The notes below the pieces were generated by a model, which worked only from the letters and a program-made list of their open reading frames with translations, was not told where the DNA came from and did no database searches. A program made the position numbers and the translations under genes. Shown piece by piece: positions 34,626 through 46,762 of a DNA stretch of 49,845 nt. Position 1 is the first letter of the stretch, and every line of letters starts with the position of its first letter. The stretch comes from Chiloscyllium plagiosum (taxonomy: Eukaryota): contig NC_057719.1 of assembly GCF_004010195.1 (NCBI RefSeq), positions 9,282,037 to 9,331,881 on the forward strand. Direction: 5' to 3'.

Positions 34626-35664
34626 ATGGCAAGATTTGAAAATGAAGATGAGGATTTGAAAATGAAGGTGACAGACAAAGGAATGGGCTACTTCTGGCTG
34701 GGAGGAAGTTCAATTCTGATACAGGCGCCGGAAATGCAGGAGCTTTCTCTCCCTCGACACTAGCACTCCTCAGCTAGACGTAGAGTACACGATTCATGGA
34801 AATAGATTTCACGGATGAATTTACAGCTGGGACAATTCAATAGCACAACAAAAGCTCCTTAGGAAACACAATGGGCTTGTAAAAGAATTAACATAAAAGT
34901 GAGCTTCTTTTGATTCGCTTTTGTGATAATAAAAATGGCATTTTCTTCTTTTTGTCTGCACTTTATGATTGAGTTTCCAAAAAGTTCCATTTAAAGGTGT
35001 AGTGTCTGTTTCAATCCTTACTGACAATAGATATGACAATAGATGTACCATTACTCATATTATCATCGAGTCTGGTCTGTCCACTGATGAGTAAATAGAT
35101 TAATCCATTGAAATGTCAAGGAAGAAAAAGTTTTTTTGGAAGGAACATTGCGGGGGTAGAAGAGAACAGAATCTAACGAATATACACAAGTCATAACTGA
35201 TTATGAATATGCATCAATTTGTTACATTTGGCCTCAAAACATCCTTCATGTTTCATTTACTTTGGCCTAGTTTTGGGAGCAGAGTTGATAGGAACAGTCC
35301 AGCGAGTCCTTTTTAACAATTGTTCTTAGTTAAAATGTCAGGTAGCAAACAGACTGGGACAGCCATTCCCGCTGGATTCAGCATCACGGCCAGCGACCGG
35401 TGTCCTGAATTATTGTTCCAAAGACCCGGCAGAGCATTTTAGCCTCTTAAAGTGGTATTCGTGTACAAGTCAAGCCCTCACTTTTTTTAAAACCAAAAAA
35501 ATTGGTTTCAAAAGCTCAAATTTTACACAAAGTATATTCAGCAATAACCAAGCGCATAATTAGCTGGAAGATTTTGTTTTTTCCTTTCAGCACACTCGAG
35601 AGCAATCAGTAACCCTGGATTCTAAATTTGCAAAGTGTTATAATGCAAATAGAGGAACAAACTA

Positions 35665-35955
35665 TTTAATTCACTCATGGGCTATTGGCGCTGTTGGCTA
35701 GGCCAATATTTATTGCCATTCCTTATAGCCCAGAAGGCAGTTAACAGTCAACTATATTGCCCTGGAGTCTGGAGTCACAGGTAGGCCAGAAGAGCTAAGG
35801 GTGGCAATTTCCTGCCCTGAATGACATTCATGAACCAGATGAGTTTTTTCGGACAACTATCAATGGATTCACACTCACCTTAATTCCAGTTTTTTTAAAA
35901 ATTGAAATCAAATCCATCAACTGCTGAAACTGGATTCGAACCTGGGTCTCCAGTA
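35665..35955 (-). mobile_element. tRNA-derived SINE, second family
   Basis: Reverse complement of the 11250-11550 copy; B-box 'ggattcgaacc'. Confidence 0.8.
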
Positions 35956-36489
35956 CACGACATTAGGAGTAGGCCATTTGACCCATCTTTATGAAGATAA
36001 CTGATCAATGAGCTCAATATCCTAAGCCCGCCCTTTCTCCATATTTCTTGATCCCCATAACCACAAAAGCTGTATGTACCTCCTTCTTGTTTGAAACTGG
36101 GCAAAGACAGTGGTTAGTCCATCATATCCATGCCTGTCTCTTTACTTCACCTGACATCCTTAACATATCCTTCGATTCCTTTTCATGCATGTACCCAGAT
36201 TCTCCTTAAAAATATTTATGTCATTCATCTCAATCAATTCTTGAGCTTGAAAGTTCCACATCAAGCCATTTTCTGGGTACAGACATTTCCCCTGAATTCA
36301 TTATTCGATGATTTCCCATGAATGGAGAGATTGGTGGGAGATCATCGAATAGTGGACTCTAATAAAAGTAAAATACTACAGATACGAGAAATCTGAAACA
36401 AACACAGAGAATAATAGAGAAACACAGCACCTCTGGCAGCATCGGTGCAGAGAGAAACTGAGTTAATGTTTCGAATCCAGCATGACAGT

Positions 36490-37023
36490 TATAGAATCAT
36501 AGAGATGTACAGCGTGGAAACAGACCCTTCGGTCCAACCCGTCCATGCCGACCAGATATCCCAACCCAATCTAGTCCCACCTGCCAGCACCTGACCCATA
36601 CCCCTCCAAACCCTTCCTATTCATATACCCATCCAGATGCCTCTGAAATGTTGCAGTTGTACCAGCCTCCACTACTTCCTCTGGCAGCTCATTCCATACA
36701 CGTACCACCCTCTGCGTGAATTCCGATAGGAAGGAGACCAGAATTGCACACAATATTCCAACAATGACCTCACCAATGTCCTGTACAGCCGCAAATTACC
36801 TCCGAACCCCTGTACTCAATACTCTGACCAATAAAGGAAAGCATACTAAACGCCTTCCTCACTATCCTATCTACCTGCGACTCCACTTTCAAGGAGCTAT
36901 GAACCTGCACTCCAAGGTGGCTTTGTTCAGCAACACTCCCTAGGACCTTACCATTAAGTGTATAAGTCCTGCTAAGATTTGCTTTCCCAAAATTCAGTAC
37001 CTCACATTTATCTGAATTAAACT
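36490..37023 (-). mobile_element. Young CR1 3' fragment with an internal deletion at about 36720, inserted into a PLE foldback (36370-36489, 37024-37112)
   Basis: Collinear with 12395-12624 and then 12901-13204; the roughly 275 bp between them is missing. Confidence 0.9.
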
Positions 37024-37740
37024 CTTCAGAATTTCTTCTGTTCTGAAGAAGGCTTGCACTTGACTCGAAATTTTAACTTAGTTTCTGTCTCCACAGATTC
37101 TGCCTGACCTGGGTTTATTCCCTACTCCTACACCTACCCTGTCTGTCTGTTTTTCCAATCCCAAAGGTTAAGACACATTCTTCCCTTTGACTCAACACAC
37201 ACATGGGCAAAGCACTGTAGTGGTTTCCATTGCTGTGTGCAGGATGACTAAACAGCAGCCTCTCCAGCACTTGCCGTCTGCCATCACGTGCATTGGTATA
37301 ATTTACAGACTGGCTTGCAACCTGTTTGGCCATGTCATAAACACTTTTCCCTGCTCAGCACATCCTGTCAGAGCACTCAAACCCAGACCTCCTGGGACAC
37401 CATCACTGTGCCACAGAACCACCCTGAGTCATAGAGTTACACAGCACAGAAACAGCACATAAAAACTGGTCAGATTTAACAGAATATTGTGGTACGTTTG
37501 TGCAATGCAAAAGATAGACACAAGGTGAGTGGTGGTAACGTATTTACATACTCAACAGATAATCATAATGTTCATTGTTTGGTAATTATGTTCCACCCCA
37601 ATGATGGACAAACCAGCCAGGCCGGATGGAGGGATTTGGAGGGCTGGGTTTCCTCCTGGTTGGCTCCAGATAACCCGATGCTGGCATTCTAACGTTCTGA
37701 GAGCGATGGAATTTGCTTACTAGTCTTCTTTGGATCATCC

Positions 37741-37829
37741 TGCTCCTCGGATGCTGCCTGGCCTGCTGTGTTTTTCCAGCACCACATTTTTCAACTCTGG
37801 TACCTCAGCACCTGCAGTCCCCACTCCTC
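37741..37829 (+). mobile_element. Short PLE terminus with a 13-bp TSD
   Basis: ctttggatcatcc at 37728-37740 and 37830-37842. Confidence 0.85.
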
Positions 37830-38847
37830 CTTTGGATCATCCAGGGCAATGTAGCCCATTGCAAACTACCTCAGAGTGTAACTTGGCTTTGCTGCAGCAG
37901 AAGCAAGCAATACAGCTGATGGAGAGGCAGAGAAATAACTGATATAAAAACTCATCCCTAGACTCATAAATCAAGTATAATAAATACACGCCACAAGATG
38001 TGACAGTCGGTTAAACACCCATTAGGTGCAAAGTCACATATGGTTCCCCATTCTTTCTATATTTTGACAGTAGTAGAGTGAATTTGAGATCTATTTCTAA
38101 TATGTTTGTGTCCTTCATAGCTTTTAATGTAACAAGTATGTGGCAGATGTTCATTCTCTGTTAAATTGTGATTGGCACTTGGAGGTTTACTCGACTCAAC
38201 AGTGGCTTGTCTGTGCCTAACTAATGAATAAATCAAGGTTGCTTCCATCAACTCCTATAATAACACAAGGGCATTAATCTCCCTGCTCCGCATTATTGAC
38301 CTTTGAAACATAAGTGGTTGACATTATGTTAGGGTCTATTGTAAAGTTGACACTTAGAAAACAGCAAATGGAGAAGAAGGAGACAGAAATAGATACGAGG
38401 AAAAGAGAGGGTGCCTTATGCTTCCGTAGCAGCACAACACAACACAAAATACTTTAAAATTAATAAAGTACTTATCACTCGGAGGCATGGCAGCCAAGTT
38501 ATTCACAGATAGCTCCCACTATCCACACAGACACCACCTATTTTCTTCGATATGGCCTGAAGAATAAATATTGATCAATATTTGCTAAAGTTCAGAGAAG
38601 TCAGATGTCATATGGTGTTTTGCATGTTATAGCATGTTTTATACCATATTATAAGAGTCTTGTTGCTAATGTGTGGACAACACATTTCAAAGTGGAGAAG
38701 GTATTCTAAATAAAGGGGTAAAATAATGTTTTCTTCATTTTCATTTTGGCCAGGGAAGGGAATTTTTATGACTACCTGACAATCTGGATCCAACCCTCAC
38801 CAGGCGGCAATTGCCTCTTAACTGTCCTTCAATAGTTAAAGATTCAC

Positions 38848-40065
38848 TGAGTCATACAGCACGGAAACAGATCCTTTGGTCCAACTGGTCCTCACTGATC
38901 ATGTTCCCAACTAAAACTTGCCCCACTGGCCCATATCCCACCACGCATTTGCTATTCATGAACTTATCCAAAAGTCTTTTAAATGTCGTTACTTTACCTG
39001 CATCCACCACCTCCACTGGCAGTTCATTCCACACTCTGTGTAAAAACGTTTCCACTCATGTCCTTTCTATATCTTTCTTCTCTCACCTTAAAGCTGTGCC
39101 CCTTAGGTTTGAACTCTTCCATCCATGGGAAAAGATCCTTGGCATTATGCCTCTCAAGATTTTATAAACCTCTATATGGTCCTCTCAACCTTCTACACTC
39201 CAGTCAAGAAAAGTCCCAGTCTGTCCATCTTATTGGAGCTCAGACCCTTTTGAAGTCATTCAGCAGAGTTCCTGCTCAACTTATGGTCGCAGTTCGCAGT
39301 ACTGGGAAATGAAATTGCATAATTGCAAGTTAAGGTGAAATTGCCATAGTCCCAGAGGACTGGTCTCTCATTAATAGTGAGGGTCACCCATTTCAGGCAA
39401 CATCCTGGTAAATGTCTTCTGAACCCTCTCCAATTTAATAATATCCTTCCTATAGCTGGGCATCCAGAATGTGGACACAGTACTCCAGAAGAGGCCTCAC
39501 TAATGTCCTGTACAACTGCAACCTGATGCCCAAACTCTTATACTCAAATGTCTGAGCAATGAAAGTAAGCATACTGAACACCTTCTTAATCACAATCAAA
39601 ACCAGAAGCTGCTCAAAGCTGCTGCCTCACAGTGCCAGAGACCCAGGTTCAATTCCCACCTCAGGCAACTCTCTGTGTGGAGTTTGCACATTCTCCCCGT
39701 GTCTGTGTGGGTTTCCTCCGGGTGCTCCGGTTTCCTCCCACAGTCCAAAAATATGCAGGTTAGGTGAATTGGCCATGCTAAATTTCCCGTAGTGTTAGAT
39801 GAAGGGGTGAAATGTAAGGGAATGGGTCTGGGTGGGTTGCGCTTCGGCAGGTCGGTGTGGACTTGTTGGGCCAAAGGGCCTGCTTCCACACTGTAAGTAA
39901 TCTAATCCAATTGAATCTTCCCCAATTCTGAGGAAGGGTCACCGGATTTCTCTGCACAGATGCTGCCAGACCTGCTGAGCTTTTCCGGCAACTAATGTTT
40001 TTGTTTCTGATTTACAGCACCTGCAAATCTTTCAGTTTTTACCTTCTTAACCACTGTGTCTACCT
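38848..40065 (-). mobile_element. CR1 3' fragment containing a templated inverted insert (39232-39400) and a PLE+V-SINE nest (39590-40040)
   Basis: HRVWNELPVEVVDAG peptide. TSD accttcttaa at 39580-39589 and 40041-40050. V-SINE at about 39617-39905 (+). Confidence 0.88.
39232..39400. repeat. Inverted copy of 40161-40565 lacking the PLE insertion
   Basis: Reverse complement of 40420-40565 joined directly to that of 40161-40200. Confidence 0.93.
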
Positions 40066-40208
40066 GGGGTTGGTGAGCTTAGTTGCCTGAAAAGCTGGTT
40101 TTGTCAATTCCTGTACTGGCGAGGTCACCATGAAGGTCTCACCCTCTCAACTTTACTGCCTTGCCTGAAGTGTGGTGACCCTTAGGTTAAGCTCACTATT
40201 AATGAGAG

Positions 40209-40419
40209 TTAAAAATCACACAACTCCAGGTTATAGTCCAACAGGTTAAATTGGAAGCACACTAGCGTTTGGAGCGCTGGTCCTTCATCAGGTGGTTTTG
40301 TTGAAGGAGCAGCACTTCGAAAGCCAGTGTTTCCAATTTAACCTATTGGACTATAACCTGGTGTTGTGTGATTTTTAACTTTGTACATCCCAGTCTAACA
40401 CCAGCATCTCTGAATCACG
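40209..40419. mobile_element. PLE foldback (third terminus type) with ~80-bp inverted arms and a 14-bp TSD, inserted in a SINE
   Basis: Arms agttaaaaatcacacaac...(40207) and ...gttgtgtgatttttaact(40380). TSD actattaat(g/a)agag at 40195-40208 and 40420-40433. Hammerhead remnants CTGATGAAGGA and CGAAAGC. Confidence 0.9.
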
Positions 40420-40639
40420 ACTATTAATAAGAGACCAGTCCTCTAGGACCATGGCAATTTCACCTTACCTTGCAATTATTCAATTTCATTTCCCAGTACT
40501 GGAACTGCGATCATATGTTGAGCAGGAACTCTGCTGAATGACTTCAACAGGGTCTGAGCTCCAATTGAGGTTCAGCAGCAAGGCTTATTTCACTAAAAGC
40601 TGCATGGTGCCTCTAATTGTTCATGAGCTTCAGAATTCA

Positions 40640-41240
40640 GTTCGGAGTCAACCACATTGCTGTGGATCTGAAATCACATACAGCCCAGATCAGAGGAGGT
40701 TGGCAGTATGCTATACATTCATGAGCCAAATGGATTTTTCTGACAATTGACAGTAGCTTCATGGTCACCATTAGATTATTCATGCTGGACTGAATTAAAA
40801 TTCCACTATTTTCCAAGGCAGGATTCACATCCATGTCTATTGCCTGGATCCATAGTCTAGTGATTATACCAGTGTTCACTGCCTACCCAAAACAGAATTA
40901 GATTAGAACATTTGGTATCTGTTAGTTTTTAAATTTACTTGCAGGGTATCACTGGCCAGGCCAGTATTCATTGCCCATCTCTAATTGTCCAGAGGGTAGC
41001 TAAGAGTGAACCACATTGCTATGGGTCTGGAGTCACATGTAGGCCAGACCAGGTAAGGATGACGGAATCCTTCCCTGAAGGACATCAGTGAACCAGATGA
41101 GATTTTCCCTAACAATTGACAGTGGTCACCATTGGACGCTTAATGATTACATTCAAATTTCATCATCTGCCACGGTCTCCAGAATACGTATCTGGATTAA
41201 CAGGGTCCAGTGATAACATCACTGTGCTACTGTCTCCCCA
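40640..41240 (-). mobile_element. Two adjacent SINE copies (second family)
   Basis: Both contain 'aaccacattgct.tgg.tctg.a.tcacat'. Confidence 0.8.
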
Positions 41241-41817
41241 GTTGCAGGTAATAACTTGCACTTGTGGAACTGTCTAAGGTTCGAGTCAGCACCTTATACA
41301 AAAGGGGGGAAATTTACAAATAGAAATGTTGTCAGCATGGCTACTTTGTATGCCAGGGATATTTAATTAAAATCCTGGATTTTATTACCTGCTGCTCCAC
41401 AACTCAATTTTATTTTGGGTGGTTGGCATGTAATTCAGAGGCAAATGCTTTCTCTGCTCTTCTGCACCTACCAGATTGACATGCAAATTAAAAAAATACT
41501 CTTTGCAGATCAATAATATTTGTTTCAATTGGATTTACAATGAGCCATTATCACAGTTTGATAAGTCATTTGTGACCTAGACTTTTGAGTTATTTGTGAC
41601 AAAGAGAAAAAATCAAATTAGATGGCACACTGCCAATCATTTGCACAATGTTCTCTTCTGGCAATGATCGATATATTGAATGTCAAGAATCTACTTGGAC
41701 GTTGACACTTCAGAAGCTCATGTGGAGCAGCAGTCCACTGTAAAGTGCCCCCTAATTGAAAATGCTTTCGAGCAAGAACTGTGCGATTCACCAATGTTTT
41801 GTTGTAAACTCTCCAGT

Positions 41818-42760
41818 GAGTCACAGCATCATACACCATTGAAACAAACCCTTCGGTCCAACCAGTCCATGCCTGCCATGTTCCCAAACTAAACTAGTCT
41901 CGCTGCCTGCATTTGGCTCATATCCCTCCAACCCTTTCCTATTCATGTACTTATCCAAATGTCTTTTAAAAGTTGCGACTGTACCTGTATCTACCACTTC
42001 CTCTGGCAGTTCACTCCACACGGTGCTGCTCAGGTCTATTTTAAATCTTTCTCCTCTCACCTTAAAAATAGTTTTGAACTCCCTAACCTAGAGAACAAGA
42101 CCCTTGCCATTTACCTTATCTATACCCGTCACAATTTTATAAACCTCAACGAGGTCAACCTTTAACATCCTGCACTCCAGCCTCTCCTTATAACTCAATA
42201 CCTCCATTCCTGGCAACATCACGGTGAATCTTATTTGAATCTTCTCCAGCTGAATAATATCCGTCCTATTACAGGGCAACCAGAACTGCACACAGTACTC
42301 ACCAACAATCTGCACAACCTCAAAGTGACATCCCAACTCCGACACTCAAAGGTCTGAGCATGCTAAATGCTTTCTTAACCACCCTGTATGTCTGTGATGC
42401 AAATTTCAAAGAACTGTACATCTGAACCTGTAGATCTCTCTACTTTACAACACTACCCAGTTCCCTATCATTAACTGAATAAGTCATGTCCTTGCGTGTT
42501 TCACCAAATTACAACACCTCACATTTATTCAAGTTAAACTCCATCTGTCACTCCTCAGCTCACTGTCCCAATTCATCAAGTTTTCTTTGTAATCTTCAAA
42601 ATCCTTCTTCACTTTCCATTTTATAGCTATTTTTGGTGTCATCTGTAAACTCACTAAGCATGCTTCCTATATTCTCATCTAAATGATTGACATAAATGAC
42701 AAACAAAAGTCAAACACCGTCTGAAAAGCAACACTCCACCACCACGCTTTGTCTTCTATC
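41818..42760 (-). mobile_element. CR1 3' portion, diverged
   Basis: EYCVQFWLP, WSELPEEVV and a decayed FADD region ('ttttggtgtcatctgtaaac'). Confidence 0.85.
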
Positions 42761-43605
42761 GTTTCCAGTCATTTTGACCTCAGGTAACTGATAAGATAAC
42801 CAGACACCCATACAAGCATGACAAATACTAACATGAACAAGCAAAGCAGAAGACATTCCTGGACATTTTGACACATGGGTTCTGATGTTCAACAATCCCA
42901 GCCTGGTCAAACAGTCATTTTCCCTCATCATCCATTATCTTCTATACATAACGAAACAATAGGGAGTGCTTGCAGAGCCAGAAGGCATTCTTTCAGTGTC
43001 TCTACAATTTTTCTAGATTATCTTGTTGGTAAATTCTCTGTCGCAGATGCGTAGCTCTAGATTTGATGCCTAAAATTGAGGAAGAGGAGGAGCTGATGTG
43101 GCAGATGGGAACAAGGGAGTGGGGGGGGGGGGGGCTTGGTTTGAGTTAAAACCGTGGACAGCATGATAAGATCATTACAACTGGAACTTGTGAATCTTGA
43201 GTATTTGCTGTGATTAATATAAATATTCTAAAATATTAATGTTGTAACCAGTGATAATAATGTTACACTCACATTTACACAAAGCTTCACTGCATCGAAA
43301 CATCTCAAAGTGATTCAGACGATGAAACGCCTTTGAAGTGCAGTCACAATTGTTATGTAACCTAATGAGGATAGGATCCCACTTCAGTAATAAATTCTTG
43401 CTCCCATGTGCTGAGTGAAGCCAAAGATCAGTAATTCTAAAGGAGATTACATGCTGCCTCGGGACCTAGTTGGCAGTCGTTGAATCGTGATGCTGAAGTG
43501 AAGTTGAATGTTTATCAAGGAATTGTGATGGATGAGTGGCTAATGTATTGACATTTCAATCTTGCTTGCAGACAATCCTTATTCTGTCCTTCCCAGATCC
43601 TTCCT

Positions 43606-44115
43606 ACCTAACCCTAACCATAATCCTAATTGTAACCTTACTCCTATTTTAGCCATAACCCTAAACCTAACCTTAATCCCCATCACAGCCCTAACTTGTA
43701 TCTTAACCCGACCTTGAATTATAACTTATATCCTAACCCTAACCTGAATCCTGGCCCCAACCCAAATCCTAACCCTAATCCCCATCCAAATCCTAACACT
43801 ACTCCTAATTCCCATTCTAACCCTAACCCTAATCCTAACCCTCATTTTAGCCCCAACCATAATCCTAACACCCATCCTAGCCATAATTCTAACCTGAGCC
43901 CTAACCCACATCCTAGGCCTAAATCTAATTGAGACCTCCACCCCAATCCTAGCCCTAACCTTAATCCTATGCCTAATTCTATTCCGAACATTAATCCTAA
44001 CTCTAACCCTCATCCTATAGTTAACCCTCATCCTAACTCTGAACCTCATCCTAACCCTACCCTCATCCCAACCCTAACCTTAATCATAATCCTGACCTTA
44101 AAGCCTAGCCCTATG
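43606..44115 (+). repeat. Degenerate telomere-like hexamer array, (CCCTAA/TCCTAA)n
   Basis: About 500 bp of 6-bp periodic CCTAAY variants with several exact CCCTAA units; it produces the (PN)n and (RV/RI)n ORFs. Confidence 0.88.
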
Positions 44116-45504
44116 CCTCCTATTTTTAACCCCCTCTCAGTGACTCAAATATCTAAAGTCCCTCCCACCATTTCTGCACTCAACTTTCCTCTAGCCTTGC
44201 TTGTTTCCCATGCTTAGAGTTTTCCCTTTCTCCTGGGGGAAAGGACCCCAGGAGGCACTCATTGTTGCCTCACCATAAGGAAGCCATTCCATCCTATTTC
44301 CTCACTGACCTTCCCACCCTGGGCAGCTCACCACCTTCTCCAGGGTAACTCAGGACGGGAACAAATGCTGGCTCAGCCAACCAAGCCCATACCCTGTGAT
44401 CCAAGCCATTTATCCTCTGAGGATCTCACTGTGTTCCAGCCCTCTCCATATCTTACTCAGACTTATTGTTCTGAACATTGCTCAAGTACAATGCCAACTT
44501 TTTCTCAATGAGGTACTTTCACTGTTTGCTGCCTTGTACTGGATGGCTTCATATCCACAGAAATTTCCAACTCCAGCTCAATTAATTGTAGTCTTTCTCC
44601 TCAGAATTCACTGCTCTTCAGTCCTCTCTTAATCACACGGAGAGGGAGAGGAAGGGAGGTTAGTTCCAAACCTACATGCACACTATCCACTTGAACTTGC
44701 CAACTCTCATGACCTCCTTACTACTATTCAGGGATAAAAGACTTCTTTATCCTCACACGTGTATAAAGACCCTCTTCTTTATACACCCAGAAATAAAACC
44801 CTTGCCCCTGTTCATCTTCTCAAATATCCAGCTGAACAATCTGTGGCCTCCTTTTCACGACATTTCTGTAGGTCATGGCCAGTTCCAACTACACCCTCAC
44901 CAATACCTTTGATGAACTGGTCCCATTAACAGGTTAACTCTTGCTTACATTGGCCCTTTACCCAGCATGCCACTTGTCTCCATTCTCTGATGTCCAAGGA
45001 AAGCAGAATTGAAACAAGAAGTCAAACAAATGTTTAGCCAAGGCCTGCCACATCCCATTAGAGTGTACAAAACTCTCGTGAGTCATGCACTCATCCACAA
45101 AATTTGTTCAGTATATTCCAGAACCATCTTGAAAAGCTGAATTACGCCTTGATTTTCTTTCTGTACTGAAAGCCCTCTGCTTAAAGCCCTCCATCCCACC
45201 TCCAGCAAGATATCCAAAAGTGTTTTGAGTTTCTTTATCTACACAACTGAAATTATCCAATCGGTTACCTCAGTTACTTTCCTCCCGTCAACTAGTCCAC
45301 CTGTCAAACATCCTTCACATTCCCTGTGTTCCAGCCCTGAATTTGATTCCTGATTTCCCTCATGATCCTTGAACCTATCTTGCCTTGATTAGACCACCCC
45401 TTTTCCTATTAACCTGCTATCCTGTGACGGAAGATTGTTCTTTTTCTCAGGTGATGCTGCTCGGTCCTTTAGATTTGCTATCATCAGCTCTTCTCCATAA
45501 ATAC

Positions 45505-46200
45505 AACATATAAGCATCAAAAATAGGAACAGGAATAGGCCATTCAATTTGATCATGGCTGGTCATCAAACTCATTACCCTGTTCCCTCTTTCTCCCATA
45601 CCCTTTGATCCCTTCAATGTTTTGACCTCAACCTCTTTCTGTAGCAAAGGATTCCACAGGTTCACCACTCTCTGGGGGAGGAATTTCCCCTCATCTCAGT
45701 CCAAAATGGCCTGCTGTACATCCTTAGCCAGTGACCCATGGTTCTGGGCTCCCTGGTCATTGGGAACATCTTTTCTGTATTTACCCTATCTAGTCCTGTT
45801 AGAATTTTACAGGTTTCTCTGTGATCTCCCCTCATTCTTCGAAACTCTAGTGAATATAATTGTAACTAATCCAGTCTCTCATCAAATGTCAGGCCGACCA
45901 TCCAAGGGCTCAGTCTAGTAAACCTTCGCTGCACTCCCTTCATCGCCAGAACATCCTTCCTCTGATAAGGAGATTAAAACTGGGGTCCATAGTATTCCAA
46001 CCATGCTCTCACCGAGGCCCTGTGCAATTGCAGCAAGATATCCCTATTCTTGTTTTAAAATCCACTCAGTACCATTTGCCTTCTTCACTGCCTGCTGCAC
46101 CTTCATCCTTACCTTCACAACTGGGGTACAAGGTCTCATTGCACCACCTCCTTTCCCAATCAATGTCCGTGCAGATAACAACCCCTGGTTTTTGTGTTCG
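45505..46200 (-). mobile_element. Old CR1 3' fragment
   Basis: MVNLWNPLLQKEVE peptide plus the LINE tail. Confidence 0.75.
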
Positions 46201-46244
46201 TGAAAACGACCAGCTCATTTCCAAACCTTCTTTTTCTCTCCACG

Positions 46245-46762
46245 ATGGGAAGGAAGTTGTGAAACTTGAAAGGGTTCAGAAAAGATTTACAAGGATGTTG
46301 CTGGGATTAGAGGGTTTGAGCAACAGGGAGAAGCTGAACAGGCTGGGGATGTTTTCTCTGGAGCATCGGAGGCTGAGGGGTGACCTTATAGAGGTTTATA
46401 AAATCACAAGGGGCATGAATAGGGTAAATAGACATGGTTTTTTTCCCTGGGGTGGGGAGTCCAGAACTAGAGGGCATAGGTTTAAGGTGAGAGGGGAAAG
46501 ATATAAAAGGGACCTAAGGGGCAATGTTTTTGCACAGAGGGTGGTACGTGTATGGAATGAGCTGCCAGGGGAAGTGTGGAGGCTGATATAATTACAACAT
46601 TTAAAAGGCACCTGGATGGGTATATGAATAGGAAGGGTTTGGAGGGATATGGTCGAAATGCTGGCAAATGGAACTAGATTAGGTTAGAATATCTGTCGGC
46701 ATGGACGAGTTGGACCAAAGGATCTGTTTCCGTGCTGTACGTCGCTGGGACTCTGTGACTCT
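46245..46762 (+). mobile_element. Young CR1 3' fragment
   Basis: VVKLERVQKRFTRML...RLRGDLIEVYKI...RGHRFKVRGERYKRDLRGN plus the tail. Confidence 0.92.

Noticed and set aside
37483..37524. Possible 42-nt exon ending AAG|GTGAGT
   Set aside because: No pyrimidine tract upstream and the peptide is unrecognised.
43696..44217. (PN)n and (RV/RI)n ORFs
   Set aside because: Translation of the hexamer array.
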